Under the pieces are notes generated by a model that ran no database searches, was not told the DNA's origin, and worked only from the letters and a program-made list of their open reading frames with translations. From Macrostomum lignano (Eukaryota), in assembly GCA_002269645.1 (NCBI GenBank), contig NIVC01002205.1:62001-126000 (forward strand): a DNA stretch of 64,000 bases, written 5' to 3'. A program made the translations under genes and the position numbers. Below are positions 35,312 to 47,763 of this stretch, piece by piece; positions within the stretch are counted from its first letter, which is position 1, and the number at the start of each line of letters is the position of its first letter.

Positions 35312-38300
35312 ATGCCCGACTATCTGTCCTGCGGGGCCTGCCACACCGAATTCGAAGTGATGGACTTCCACCGCTTCCTGGACCATAAGATCTCTAGCTG
35401 CCACATTCGGTACGATGGCTCGGGCCCATCAGAGTCGATGCTCGAATGCTCCAAATGCAACAGGCGCTGCCGCACACCCTGGTCTCTGCTGCAGCACCTG
35501 CAGTTTGATCATTGCATGTCGCTGGTGCGCACTTTGATGCTTCCAGCATCTCAGGCCGGCGTCTCCAGCGGTCATTCAGAGGCCAGCACGCAGACTAGCG
35601 GCTCCAGTTTGAAGCGACAGGTCTGCCCGTGCGATGACATTGATGAGCGGCTGACAGTTGACTGCTGCCTGGTTGACACAGGCGGTGGTTGTTGCCCAGT
35701 CGAAGGCTGCCCAGCTGGCAAGCCTCTCCAAACACCGCAGTGCTGTCTGGCAGTCCCGAAAAAGCGCCGCCTGTTGGCGCTTCGTCCGTGCGACAACGGT
35801 GATACAAGTGCCGGCTCTAGCACTGGTGTCGGCGACGGAGACGCCAGCCCGGAAACCGCCAGCGCCAGCGCACCTGCCTCGTCTACCAGAGATTCGCCAT
35901 CAGGGCAACCGCAGACGCCACAGACGCCGCAGCAGACACAGGTTGCCACGTCCTCTGCTCAAACGCCGCTGCCTCCTCCGCCGCTTTTGTGCTGCTCGGC
36001 AGTGAAGATTGAGTGCTGCCAGAAAGCAGCAACACCCGGCCCTCCTAGGTGAGTGGGTGAGAATAGGCATTGTTTTATGGGTCTGCACTCTTGCTGTACA
36101 AAATTATTTTTACGATACTTGCAACTTGCAAATTTTAGATGCAGTTGTTGAAATTCATAAGGTTTATCGACAACTTTCTATGAAATCAAATTTTGTATTG
36201 ATTGAAATGCACTTCACGTTAATGACCTCTGCTTAATGGCTGGTCATTAACTGAAAGTCCTGTTTTGACCATAGACAATTCAATCAATGCAGCTAATATG
36301 AAGCGGTAATTTAAGTTAATGGCCAAATTTCAATTGCCCACGCCATTGGCCATTGGCCATTGACCTTGGCCATTGCCTAGAAAACTCGCATGGTTTTCTT
36401 TCAGTAAAAGCACATCAAGAAAGTTCCAAGGAAACAGTATTTGCTGATGCTACGGTTTGCTTCAAAGTCAATTATTTTTCTGTGATCGTAGAACTTGTCT
36501 ATTGCTTGTCTAAAAATAGAACAATAATTAGGCAGCCAATACTAGGATTTGTACTTTTAGCAACGCGTTCCTGTAAACAGTTTGCCCAGTCTAGTCATTT
36601 CTTCGTTCATGGTCGCTGCCTCGCAGCCTCTTTTTTTACGCGTCCTGGCCTACATTTCTAGGCGCTCTGATTGACTGACTATCTATGCTTGACTTAAAAA
36701 AATGTTTTTGGATTTCTCCAATCCGTTTAAGTACAAGCCACTGGTTAAATCTACATGTAAAGTACCCCTTTCTGAATTAGCATAAGCGAAACCTATTAAG
36801 GGGCGAGGCTTTTAGGCAGTGGGAATTTTTCGTCTATTAGCTATCACCTGCTTATCCTTTTATGGGACGCCTTTTGAAGAGCGCACTATCATATGGGCAA
36901 GCCGGCAGGGTCGCAATGGATTTTAGGGTGGGGGGACAAAGCAAAGAATTCTACATGTACATGTAAATTATTTTCAGAACGGGTGTTATCAGCGCTCATT
37001 TAGCGCCGCAGGCACTCATTTTGGCGCCCCAGAGACTCATTTTGGCTCCACAGGCACTCATTTTAGCGCCGTAGGCACTCATTTTGGCGCCGTAGGCGCT
37101 ATATATTTGTCGCCCTGAAGCAAAATTATTGATATCCATAACGGGTCACAAGGTTCGGGGGGGGGGGGCGGAAGCATTGGCATGTCCCCCCCCCACAGCT
37201 TTTACTGGGGGGACATGCCCCCCCCCCCGGTGGCGACGCCCCTGGGTAAGCGGTTGGACAACTTGTATTGGAGCACACTCATTGGACATGTCACATGAGT
37301 GCACTGCCACGAGTGCACTGCCATGAGTGCAATGATATACATGTAAGCGCACTGCCATGAGCGCACTGCCATGAGCGCACTGACATGAGCGCACTGACAT
37401 GAGCGCACTGACATGAGTGCACTGACATGAGCGCACTGACATGAGTGCACTGCCACGAGTGCAGTGCCATGAGTGCAATGATATACATGTAAGCGCACTG
37501 CCATGAGCGCACTGCCATGAGCGCACTGCCATGAGCGCACTGCCATGAGCGCACTGACATGAGCGCACTGACATGAGTGCACTGACATGAGCGCACTGAC
37601 ATGAGTGCACTGCCACGAGTGCACTGCCATGAGTGCAATGATATACATGTAAGCGCACTGCCATGAGCGCACTGCCATGAGCGCACTGCCATGAGCGCAC
37701 TGCCATGAGCGCACTGCCATGAGCGCACTGACATGAGCGCACTGACATGAGCGCACTGACATGAGCGCACTGACATGAGCGCACTGACATGAACGCACTT
37801 TTACTACGAAGTGGCACAAAGAGACTTGGGGGTCGTACTAGCTCGTATAAAGCTGTCGTAGCGTAAGTTCGATCGTACGTCGGAACTTTTACACTGCGGA
37901 GATGGGAGCTAAGAACGATCTTATCTTACGATGGCTTTATAGAACGGGCCCAATCACTTCTAGCTACTGCTAGGCAACCCAGTAATCAAACGAATGTATT
38001 TATTACCTTGAGTCCTGTTTTGGAGAGCTCTTCCTTGCGTAGATCTCGGTTTCAATCAGTCTAGACGTCTAGATTTAGTTGTCCTGGTCCAGGTTCCTCT
38101 TTACTTCCAACGAAGTCGTTTCCGGCCGGTATCTGTCGTTCGGACCAATCAGAAGCTTCGAATTAACAATGGGATCCCTGCGCCGTACTGCGGTTTCAAT
38201 TAAGCCTTCTCCTTCTAGCAGTGCCTTAATGCACTCTAGGTATAGCTCCGGTAATCACTGATAGTCCTCTAAGATCTATCAGGGTTAGTCCTTTTGGAGA

Positions 38301-41300
38301 CTACAACCAATGGAGTCTCAATAGACTCAAGAGTCTCAATAGACTCAAGAGTCTCAATAGACTCAACTACAACAACAACAATGAGTCGACTCAAACACCA
38401 GGGCGCAAATGAGTAAGGCTTACTTACCGCAAGAACTCGACCGAGTCTCGATTGACTTAGTCTTCAGGAATTCCTCCTAAGGCTTCCTCTTCTCTTCGGA
38501 GCGTCTCCTTCTGTAGGTTCGGTTGTTGGCTCCGGGTCCGCTTCGGACCACTTGTATTTATAGGCAAACGGACCCCTCGCGAGGTCGTCCATCACCTTTT
38601 TTCGTAAATGTCAAAAGGTCACGCATTGGTGGCTGTCAAGCATGACAGGGTAGAAAGTTAAGCCACTAGTCTAGTGTAAGCGCGCATGATTGGTTACCGT
38701 AGCTGGGTTATTTTGGGCTCTCTTTGATTGGTTCATCCTGTGCAGGCCGAATGATGAATCGCAGATGGGGTTTAAACTGACAATTGTAGGTTAGGTCACG
38801 CATGACTGGTTGGTTGCAAAAAATAACATGTTTGACTTACTCTCTTGTGGTTCGTTGACTAAAATTACGCATGTGATTCAGTACTTATTTTTATACATGC
38901 TACTTACTATAGCACTAAATAAAGATTTATAAGTAGTATGTTAACAATTTGTATGACTTTTCTTGGGAGGTATAACACTATACACTACTTTCAGTTCATT
39001 AGTAAGTTAAACAGAAGCATTTTAATGTATCTTACAAAGACACGGCTCATTTATTGGATCTTACCCCCCCCCAGCTTAACCCTCCAACAGCGCCTTTCCA
39101 CACTACCCCCTCGCCCCATCCCAATTTTTATTGCCTTTCTCGGAAATCCAGCCTAAGCTGCCATGTACATTTCAGTGGACTGGCTAATGTACATTTTTGC
39201 TGAACCAAATAGCAAGCTGTTTACGCCTGCAAACTTGGGCTTCTAAACTTATAAAAGTCGTTTCAGCTGCCTTATTTTTATAAAATAGCTTATGTATTCT
39301 TCTTTGCTACTGAACTGAAAGTAGAAAGCTGTTTTACTAAGTATCTTTGCCTGAGTGGCCCATCTAGTTATTTTAGTATTTGTGAGGGAGGGACGGAGAG
39401 ACAGTGAAACAACTTAAAAACCAATGTTCAACCCCAACAACGTGTTTGAAGGGTGCACTGCAAAGCGCGGTGTCATAGCGCGCCTTTTATTTTGTGACAA
39501 GCTTGGCTTAAGAGCGCAGGCACAAACCTGTATGAGCGCGCAGAGGCCAGACACGAAATTTTACGAGCGTGCAATGATGAAGGCGCGAGTCGATTATATA
39601 TTTGTAGTAGCGCAGAAAATAAATTAGGATCGTACCGCCGTCTTCATAAAAGTCTCTACCCAATTAGCGATTGGGGACACGTCAGGGTAAAAAAATCTAG
39701 TACTTGAATGAATCTGCTTTGCACATGTATCTTTACACATGTATCTTTACACATGTATCTTTACACATCTATCTTTACACATAATTATCTTTACACATGT
39801 ATCCTTACACGTATCTTTACACATAAGTTTCTTTACACATGTATCCTTACACGTATCTTTACACATAAGTATCTTTACACATGTATCCTTACACGTATCT
39901 TTACACATAAGTATCTTTACACATGTATCCTTACACGTATCTTTACACATAAGTTTCTTTACACATGTATCCTTACACGTATCTTTACACATAAGTATCT
40001 TTACACATGTATCCTTACACGTATCTTTACACATAAGTATCTTTACACATGTATCCTTACACGTATCTTTACACATAAGTATCTTTACACATGTATCCTT
40101 ACACGTATCTTTACACATAAGTTTCTTTACACATGTATCCTTACACGTATCTTTACACATAAGTATCTTTACACATGTATCCTTACACATAAGTATCTTT
40201 ACACATGTATCCTTACACATAAGTATCTTTACACATGTATCCTTACACGTATCTTTACACATAAGTTTCTTTACACATGTATCCTTACACGTATCTTTAC
40301 ACATAAGTATCTTTACACATGTATCCTTACACGTATCTTTACACATAAGTATCTTTACACATGTATCCTTACACGTATCTTTACACATGTATCTTACATG
40401 TAGCGAGAATTCGCTTACTAATCCAATCATACAGAACGGTGCGAATTTCCTTTCATTGCACGAATAGTTCCATACGTTTATGCTTAAAGGCTAGTCTGTT
40501 TCAGAGGAGTTGCAAGAGTAATGGAGCCAATGGAGCCACAAATCTTAGAGGAAAATCTGATGGATACAGCAAGAGCTAAATTTGCCACTACGTAAGATTG
40601 CCTACATCTGACTTCTTCATCCCACAGGTCGGTGCAAAGCACGAGCAGCCAGACGGACTTCGTGGTCACATTGGACATCGACATGGATATGCTGCTGGGT
40701 GGCGGCGAGGGGCCCTCCCTGCTCAACGAGTCCAGTGAGGAAGCGCCACAGACACGAGCTGTAGCGACTGCGCCCTGCAAGGCCATCCAGACCCTCAGCC
40801 GAGTGGCCTATCCAGCGGGCGAGCCCGACCCGGCAGCTGCTGTCCACGCCGTCCCCGTACCGCCGCCGCCTCCGCCACCGACCAGCGACTCGGGTATCTA
40901 CTTTGCGTCGGACCCTTGTGTACAGTTTGGTGGTGGTGGCGATGGCAGCTTTTCTGCTGCCCTGGCCGATGGAATGGAGACAAGCGCCACTCACTTGGCG
41001 CCTCTGGATACCTCCTATTCCATGTTCTCCAAGTCACAGGTAAGCTTGCGTGGCTTCTTCTTGTTGTCGATTTCACCTTTTTTTCTTCTAATTGCCATTT
41101 TTGACGATACATGTGGAGTCCAACCTGGGCACGGGCAGACAGAGTCATATAAAACCTTCTAAAAACCATTCGTGACTCCTACCAGCCATGTCAGAAATTT
41201 ATAGCTTTGTTTTCTTTGACGCTCTGATTTAATGTAAATTAAAAATGTCTTCTTGTCTGCTTTCTTCCTAGAATTCATAACGGATTGCCTCAATAATTCT

Positions 41301-42154
41301 CCACAGGACCCACCTCAGTTGCTGGGTGAACAACAGCAGCAGTACATGTCCCAGGACCTGCTTACCAATTCAGCTGTTCCCAGCACCTCAGCGCATGTCA
41401 ACCACGTCTCCTTGCCGCTGGATTTGCCCATGCAGCAACCGGGGCAGTCGCACCAGCAGCTGCAGCTGCAGCACCAACCCGCTGCTCATCGGCCGCAGAA
41501 AAAGCCAAAGAAGGTTAAGGAATTGAAGTACAGGTGAGGTTATTGATATTGTATTAACACTTGTCGGGGTCTTTGATGACTATGAGTATCTGATCACTTA
41601 CGTAATCGGATCCTAATCATTTTAGTTAAGTTTTAAGCCGGAAATGCAGTCTTTTTTTAGGCCAAGTGGCCCTGTACACCGTACGACGGACTACATAAGT
41701 ATAAACGATACTTTAGTAGTCATGCACCGGACTCTAAATTTGTTTAAAAGCCACTGCTTGAAATGTATTCCTGATATCGCACTCAAACAAAATATTTTTT
41801 CAATCAAAAATACATTATCGCTGCAGATGCTCCCAGTGCTCAAAGATCTACCGCCAGAATATCCACCTGCGAAAACACGTGATGTCGCAACACAGCCTAT
41901 CAAAGCCACACAAGTGCCCCACTTGCGAGTACACTACAGTTGAGAAGAGCCACCTCACCGTGCACATCCGCAAGCACACTGGCGAGCGGCCTTACAAATG
42001 CCGAGATTGCGACTACTCGACCGCGCAGAATTGCACACTCAAGGCGCACTACCTTCGCAAGCACCCAGGCAGCATTGTCCACTGCGCCAGGTGCGGCATG
42101 GACTTCGTCACCGAGCACGAAAAGGACAAGCACGAGAGGGGCTGCGGCGAGTGA
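35312..42154 (+). CDS. BCL11/ZNF296-like zinc-finger transcription factor, about 567 aa, 4 exons
   Basis: Phase-compatible exons 35312-36048, 40628-41039, 41307-41533, 41827-42154 (1704 nt). N-terminal CCHC finger (LSCGACHTEF..MDFHRFLDHKISSC) and C2H2 finger (CSKC...PWSLLQHLQFDH), as in BCL11. C-terminal C2H2 cluster with a TGERPY linker. An upstream exon is not excluded. Confidence 0.8.
36906..37244. mobile_element. Older hAT-type MITE copy (CAGGG...GGCGACGCCCCTG) with internal 21-bp repeats
   Basis: Shares the TCATTTTGGCGCCGCAGGCAC unit (reverse complement) with the 42996-43425 element. The left TIR and TSD are degenerate. Confidence 0.55.
37286..37795. repeat. 14-bp minisatellite CATGAGYGCACTG(A/C) with higher-order structure
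   Basis: Read directly; interrupted three times by AATGATATACATGTAAG. Confidence 0.95.
39720..40400. repeat. AT-rich minisatellite, about 42-bp unit (TTTACACATGTATCCTTACACGTATCTTTACACATAAGTATC) made of 12-16 bp subunits
   Basis: Read directly; lies in intron 1 of the zinc-finger gene. Confidence 0.95.
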
Positions 42155-42995
42155 CCCTGCCATTTACTTCAATTTAATTGACTCTCTGTGACCTGAAATT
42201 CAAGCAGTAAGATGGATTGTCTCTTTTATTTAAAGTACATGTACATTTTGGGAAGACAAATGAAAATATTTAGCTCTTCGCTTTATGCCCTATAAGCCGA
42301 AATTTATCTGAGGAGTCAACACACTTCCAATCACAGGAAACACAACAGTATGAAGTAAGTTAGGCCACTGCTAAAGTAAGTCAGAAGGGGTTCTCAGCTC
42401 TACTGTACTGGGTTTCCCAAAAATGTCGAATTTTAATCCAATACAGTGCAAAACTGTCCGCTCCTGTTTCCTAGCAACTGTACATGCTGATAGTCAACAT
42501 TCATAAATTTTGTTTCCTGCAGTTTTTATTTAGATTGGTGCATCCGTTCATGATCAACAGCATTCAGAAATGGCTGAAATCGCCCACTGTAAGAATGGAT
42601 TAATGCCTCAGACAAGAGGCTTATTTCTTATTACGATTGATTAAACAAGTTGTAACAAGTTATCACGTTAAATTTTAACCAGCTATGAAGGACTGCATTC
42701 ATGCAATTCTGCAATCCGAAGTCGGCACTCTTCGTCAAATTTGCACACCATGCGTCACGAGGCAAAACTGCTGCTGCTGATGCTGCTACTGCTCTCTCAC
42801 TGCTCGCTGCCGCCCATGTCTGTGGCGTTAACCCATTCTTACAGTGGCGACTTCAGCAAGTTCCGAATGCTTTTGATCATGAACGGAAGCACCAATCGAA
42901 ATAAGAACTGCAGGAAACAAAACTTATGAATGTTGACTACTATAGCATTTCCCGGTCAATTTGGTCCTAGAATCACTCAATATCATCATGTGCAG

Positions 42996-43425
42996 CAGTG
43001 GCGTAGCCGGGGGCGGGGCGGGGGGGGGCCGCGGCCCCAAATCGCCTGGGGGGTGGGGTTGAGCGCGGCGGGTACCAAAAACCATGAAGCAATTTAGTGC
43101 CTGCGGCGCTAAAATAAGTGCCTGCGGCGCCAAAATGAGTGCCTGCGGCGCCAAGATGAGTGCCTGCGGCGCCAAAATGAGTGCCTGCGGCGCTAAAATA
43201 AGTGCCTGCGGCGCCAAAATGAGTGCCTGCGGCCCCAAAATAAGTGCCTGCGGCCCCAAAATAAGTGCCTGCGGCGCCAAGATGAGTGCCTGCGGCGCCA
43301 AAATGAGTGCCTGCGGCGCCAAAATGAGTGCCTGCGGCGCCAAAAGTGGCAATGGCATAAGGCATGCTATTGGCCAGCCAAGCCAACCCGGCCCCCCTCA
43401 ATTGAATTTCCTGGCTACGCCACTG
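42996..43425. mobile_element. hAT-type MITE carrying a 21-bp x about 12 internal array
   Basis: Perfect 13-bp TIRs CAGTGGCGTAGCC / GGCTACGCCACTG, 8-bp TSD ATGTGCAG (42988-42995 and 43426-43433), internal unit GTGCCTGCGGCGCCAAAATGA. Confidence 0.9.
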
Positions 43426-44291
43426 ATGTGCAGTTGCTAGGAAACAGTAGCATACAGTTTTGCACAGTATTGAATTAAAATTCATTTTTTGGGACACCCG
43501 GTATAGTCACTGATGCATAAATAGACACTTGGAAGCATTCAATTCAAATGACAATCTATGTTAACCTGTTGATGCAAGTTAATATATTGGCGCGCAAAAG
43601 TTTATTTTTTTGCTGCAGATTTTTCATATGCGTACAGTAAGTGCTATTCATGTAAATCCTCTCTAGCTAAAGAGTCCAGTATTTATTGATGGGGTGCATG
43701 CGCAATGTAGAACAGGGTCACATGGGAAAGATAGCTAGTAATTTGGCACCCAACTGTGTTCAAGGCTTTTTTGTTCAATCGACGCGTTCATTTTTTTTCT
43801 TCAAATTGTGAAATTCTCATCTTGCACTGCTTAATTTTTGTCTAATGTGGCTAAGTGTTGAGATGCCTTATGACCCCAGTGTTACAATACGATTGAATAC
43901 CATATAGTAGGTTTATTCTGTACGCATACGCTGTTGCTTGCCTAAAGATAAAGATACTACTATAATTGTGCTCCAGAATAGGTATCCACAGTTTTGCTAA
44001 TAAATAAATACTGTATTGGCATGCTACGCAGTACCTGAAAATTTCAAAGGCGTTGCGTTGCTTGCACGCTTAGCGCATGTAAATGTGATTCAAAACCATC
44101 TCGATTGATGACTGTGGTGGTTTGCAGCCTACATGTAAGCTTTGTCCAGTGAGAATTGCATGTACATATTATAATGGGCTGGCTATATAGGAACAAAAAG
44201 TTGGATTTTAAAAGATTCGAGCTATGCATAGATACATCTAGCAACAGAAAATTATCCACACCTGCGCTACAAGCTAACAAAGCAACAAGGT

Positions 44292-44996
44292 CACAAAGCT
44301 AAGAATGAGAGCTTACTCTCGTCGCTGAGCTAGCCACCCTCCAAAGGCCACAAAGCTAAGAGTGAGAGCTTAATCTTGTCGCTGAGCTAGCCACCCACCA
44401 AAGGCCACAAAGCTAAGAATGAGAGCTTACTCTCGTCGCTGAGCTAGCCACCCTCCAAAGGCCACAAAGCTAAGAGTGAGAGCTTAATCTTGTCGCTGAG
44501 CTAGCCACCCACCAAAGGCCACAAAGCTAAGAATGAGAGCTTACTCTCGTCGCTGAGCTAGCCACCCTCCAAAGGCCACAAAGCTAAGAGTGAGAGCTTA
44601 ATCTTGTCGCTGAGCTAGCCACCCACCAAAGGCCACAAAGCTAAGAATGAGAGCTTACTCTCGTCGCTGAGCTAGCCACCCTCCAAAGGCCACAAAGCTA
44701 AGAGTGAGAGCTTAATCTTGTCGCTGAGCTAGCCACCCACCAAAGGCCACAAAGCTAAGAGTGAGAGCTTAATCTTGTCGCTGAGCTAGCCACCCACCAA
44801 AGGCCACAAAGCTACGAGTAAGAGCTTAATCTTGTCGCTGAGCTAGCCACCCACCAAAGGCCACAAAGCTAAGAGTGAGAGCTTAATCTTGTCGCTGAGC
44901 TAGCCACCCACCAAAGGCCACAAAGCTACGAGTAAGAGCTTAATCTTGTCGCTGAGCTAGCCACCCACCAAAGGCCACAAAGCTAAGAGTGAGAGC
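44292..44996. repeat. 57-bp minisatellite, about 12 copies, with alternating A/B variants
   Basis: Variant A has AATGAGAGCTTACTCTC...CCCTCC and variant B has AGTGAGAGCTTAATCTT...CCCACC. They alternate for the first 8 units. Confidence 0.95.
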
Positions 44997-45336
44997 TGTC
45001 TGTTAGTGATATGGATGTTATCGATGATATGGATGAACGTACTCTCAAACGAGAGCCCTGACGAATTGACGGTTCAACGGAGCTCTGGCTAAGTTCTACC
45101 AGCGCTGCCCTTCAGTGAGACACTGAGGCCCTCGGGTCGAGGCCACGTTGTCAAATCCGCCAGTTTCTATCTAAACCGCGCTTGATAACGACGCCCTCAG
45201 ACAAGGTTATCGCGGACGTTACGTCACAAGACTGGTGCGGTTGGGCGAGGGAATAAAACACGGACCGGGGGAGACGATGCAGATCAAGCGCCTCAAAGCG
45301 CGAGTAGAGAGCAAAACGGCCGGGAGATTGGACAAG

Positions 45337-45606
45337 CTCTCCTCTCTCATCTCCTTTCATCTCTTCTCCTCTCCTCTTCTCTTTCCTCTCGTCTCTCCTC
45401 CCGTCTCATCTCTTCACCCCTTTCCTCTCCTCTCATCTCCCTTTTCCTCTCCATTCTCTTCTCCCTTCTCTCCTCTCTCCTCATTCATCTCCCTTCTCTC
45501 GATCCTCTCCTATTTCATCTCTCCTGTCGTCCACTCTCTTCTCCTTAATTCTTTCGCCTCTTTTCTCCTATGCTCGTATTTATTTTCTCTATTCCTTATC
45601 CTGTCT
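45337..45606. repeat. Polypyrimidine (CT-rich) low-complexity tract
   Basis: About 270 bp of almost purine-free plus strand. Confidence 0.9.
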
Positions 45607-45826
45607 CCCTCATATGGCCCGCAGTCATCAGGACTACTGGGCCCGCTTCGCTTAGGGGCCATGAGCGAAGCGGACCCAGAAGGGCAGTCATGAGCTAAGT
45701 TCTCAATTTGGCCCTTGAGGACTGAGGTAACAAGTTTGCCGACCCTGCACTAAAAGCACTAGGCTAAGGCACATTAGATAAAAACTGTAGTGGAATGGGA
45801 TGGAGAACAACATCAACTATTATATG

Positions 45827-46172
45827 CAATGGCGTAGGCTAGGGGGATATGGGGATGATATCCCCCCGTGGGCCTGGTCGGTGGGTGTAAGAAATTAGGA
45901 AAGCATAGTGCATGCTAGTGCAGCAAGTCAAAAACGATTTTCATTTACTAAAGCATTCAGTAGAAAGAAATTTTTTCTAATTTTTTACTAAATTGTGACA
46001 TTTTCATAGAATTGGAAACTTGACTGGCCGTTCATAGCTACCTAGCACCTCCGTATTTGATTTATGGCACTCAATTTTCCTGTGAACTGCCATTGGGCCA
46101 GCAAGTACAAATAGCAGCAGCTACTCATATCCTTGCATTCTCCCCCGTGAGAAATTCCTGCCTACGCCCCTG
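45827..46172. mobile_element. hAT-type MITE
   Basis: TIRs CAATGGCGTAGGC / GCCTACGCCCCTG, 8-bp TSD ATTATATG (45819-45826 and 46173-46180). Confidence 0.85.
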
Positions 46173-47318
46173 ATTATATGTCCACATACCCGATTGAGGG
46201 TGATTTTTAATTTCTAACATTTTTATTGTACCCTCGGAAAAACCTCAAAAAGATCCAGAAAAGCCAAAGCCCAAAACCGGCCAACACTTGTTTAAAATTC
46301 AAAGAAAAGGGCATTTGCAGGATCATGCTAAAAAGTGGTCCGACACCCTGGTCATAGACTAATTATACTTGTTATCTATTAAAAATGGAACTAATAGAAC
46401 TAAACTCATGGAAGCAAAAAACTCACATGTTGCTGGCTCGCTGCCTGTTCAATGAATCGATGCCATTTCGAAGGATGCGGTGGCAAAGGCCGATCCTGCT
46501 GAAGTGGTTGCTCTCAGCTCAAAATCTCAGCTCAAAAGGTGCTCCATGGAGAAAGCTAGTGTGGTTACAAAAAAAATTTTCTTGTGCTTGAAAGTAGAGT
46601 TCTATACGATGCATGGTAGCTTTTAGTTATTTTTATCAACAATTAGTGCTCTACTTCACGAAAGTTTTTTACAAAAACATAATAATACATGTTTTTCTAA
46701 TTATCTGCATCAAAATGTATCATTTTAAGCACTCATTCTAGGCATCAGCCAAAAAATACATTTCGTGAGACGCAAAAGTGGCTGTACCACCGGGAATGCT
46801 AGGCATACAGTTAAGCGTCTATAAAATCGTTCAAAAGTGCAGTTTACATGTATTTGAAAAATTTCTTAAATTAAATTTATAAAAGATTTCGTTTTTAATG
46901 TAATATAGCAAGTTGTAAACACAACAACAAATTTGTTAAGTTACAGACATCATAGTGTCGAAAATTGGGACATCGGTGAAGTGATTGAATTTGATTTTTT
47001 CATCGCCTAATATCGCCTTATACATGTACCACAAGATAAGATACAACACTGTTTAAAAACACAAGATAAAACACTTTTGCAACATAAATTTCAACCCAAA
47101 AAATTTTTATTCACAGATGAAAGTGTCCTATTATTTTCAATACGGCAGTAACAATAGTAAATGTTCGGAAAATTGTTAAAATTTTTGCTCCTCCCTGAAT
47201 TTGAGAACGATCCAGGTAATCTACTCTATATAGTCTCATGTTCTCCGCCTGTCTGATTGTCTCCTGTCTCATGTGCTTCACCCCTCACCTGTCAATATTT
47301 TCTGTCAAGTAAAGCACT

Positions 47319-47763
47319 CAGCCTGAATCTGTCACTCTCCCAACCCAGCCTGAATCTGTCACTCCCCCAACCCAGCCTGAATCTGTCACTCCCCCAACCC
47401 AGCCTGAATCTGTCACTCCCCCAACCCAGCCTGAATTTGTCACTCCCCTAACCCAGCCTGAATCTGTCACTCCCCTAACACAGCCTGAATCTGTCACTCC
47501 CCTAACACAGCCTCTCCCCTAACACAGCCTAAATATGTCACTCCCCTAACACAGCCTGAATCTGTCACTCCCCTAACACAGCCTGAATCTGTCACTCCCC
47601 TAACACAGCCTGAATCTGTCACTCCCCTAACACAGCCTGAATTTGTCACTCCCCTAACCCAGCCTGAATCTGTCACTCCCCTAACACAGCCTGAATCTGT
47701 CACTCCCCTAACACAGCCTGAATCTGTCACTCCCCTAACACAGCCTGAATCTGTCACACAGCC
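47319..47763. repeat. 27-bp minisatellite (CAGCCTGAATCTGTCACTCCCCTAACA) abutting the stop codon of the 47764-48732 gene
   Basis: Read directly; about 16 units. Confidence 0.95.

Noticed and set aside
37146-40467. Long ORFs at 37146-37819 and 39708-40467
   Set aside because: They are translations of minisatellites in several frames.
42924-43497. Three ORFs with 7-aa repeats
   Set aside because: They come from the 21-bp array inside the MITE.
44292-44996. CRISPR-like appearance of regular arrays
   Set aside because: There are no unique spacers and no cas genes, and the context is eukaryotic.
45051-45090. Hammerhead-like CTGACGA-A-TTGA-CGGT-TCAA-CGGAG
   Set aside because: The GAAA core is absent; at best a decayed copy.
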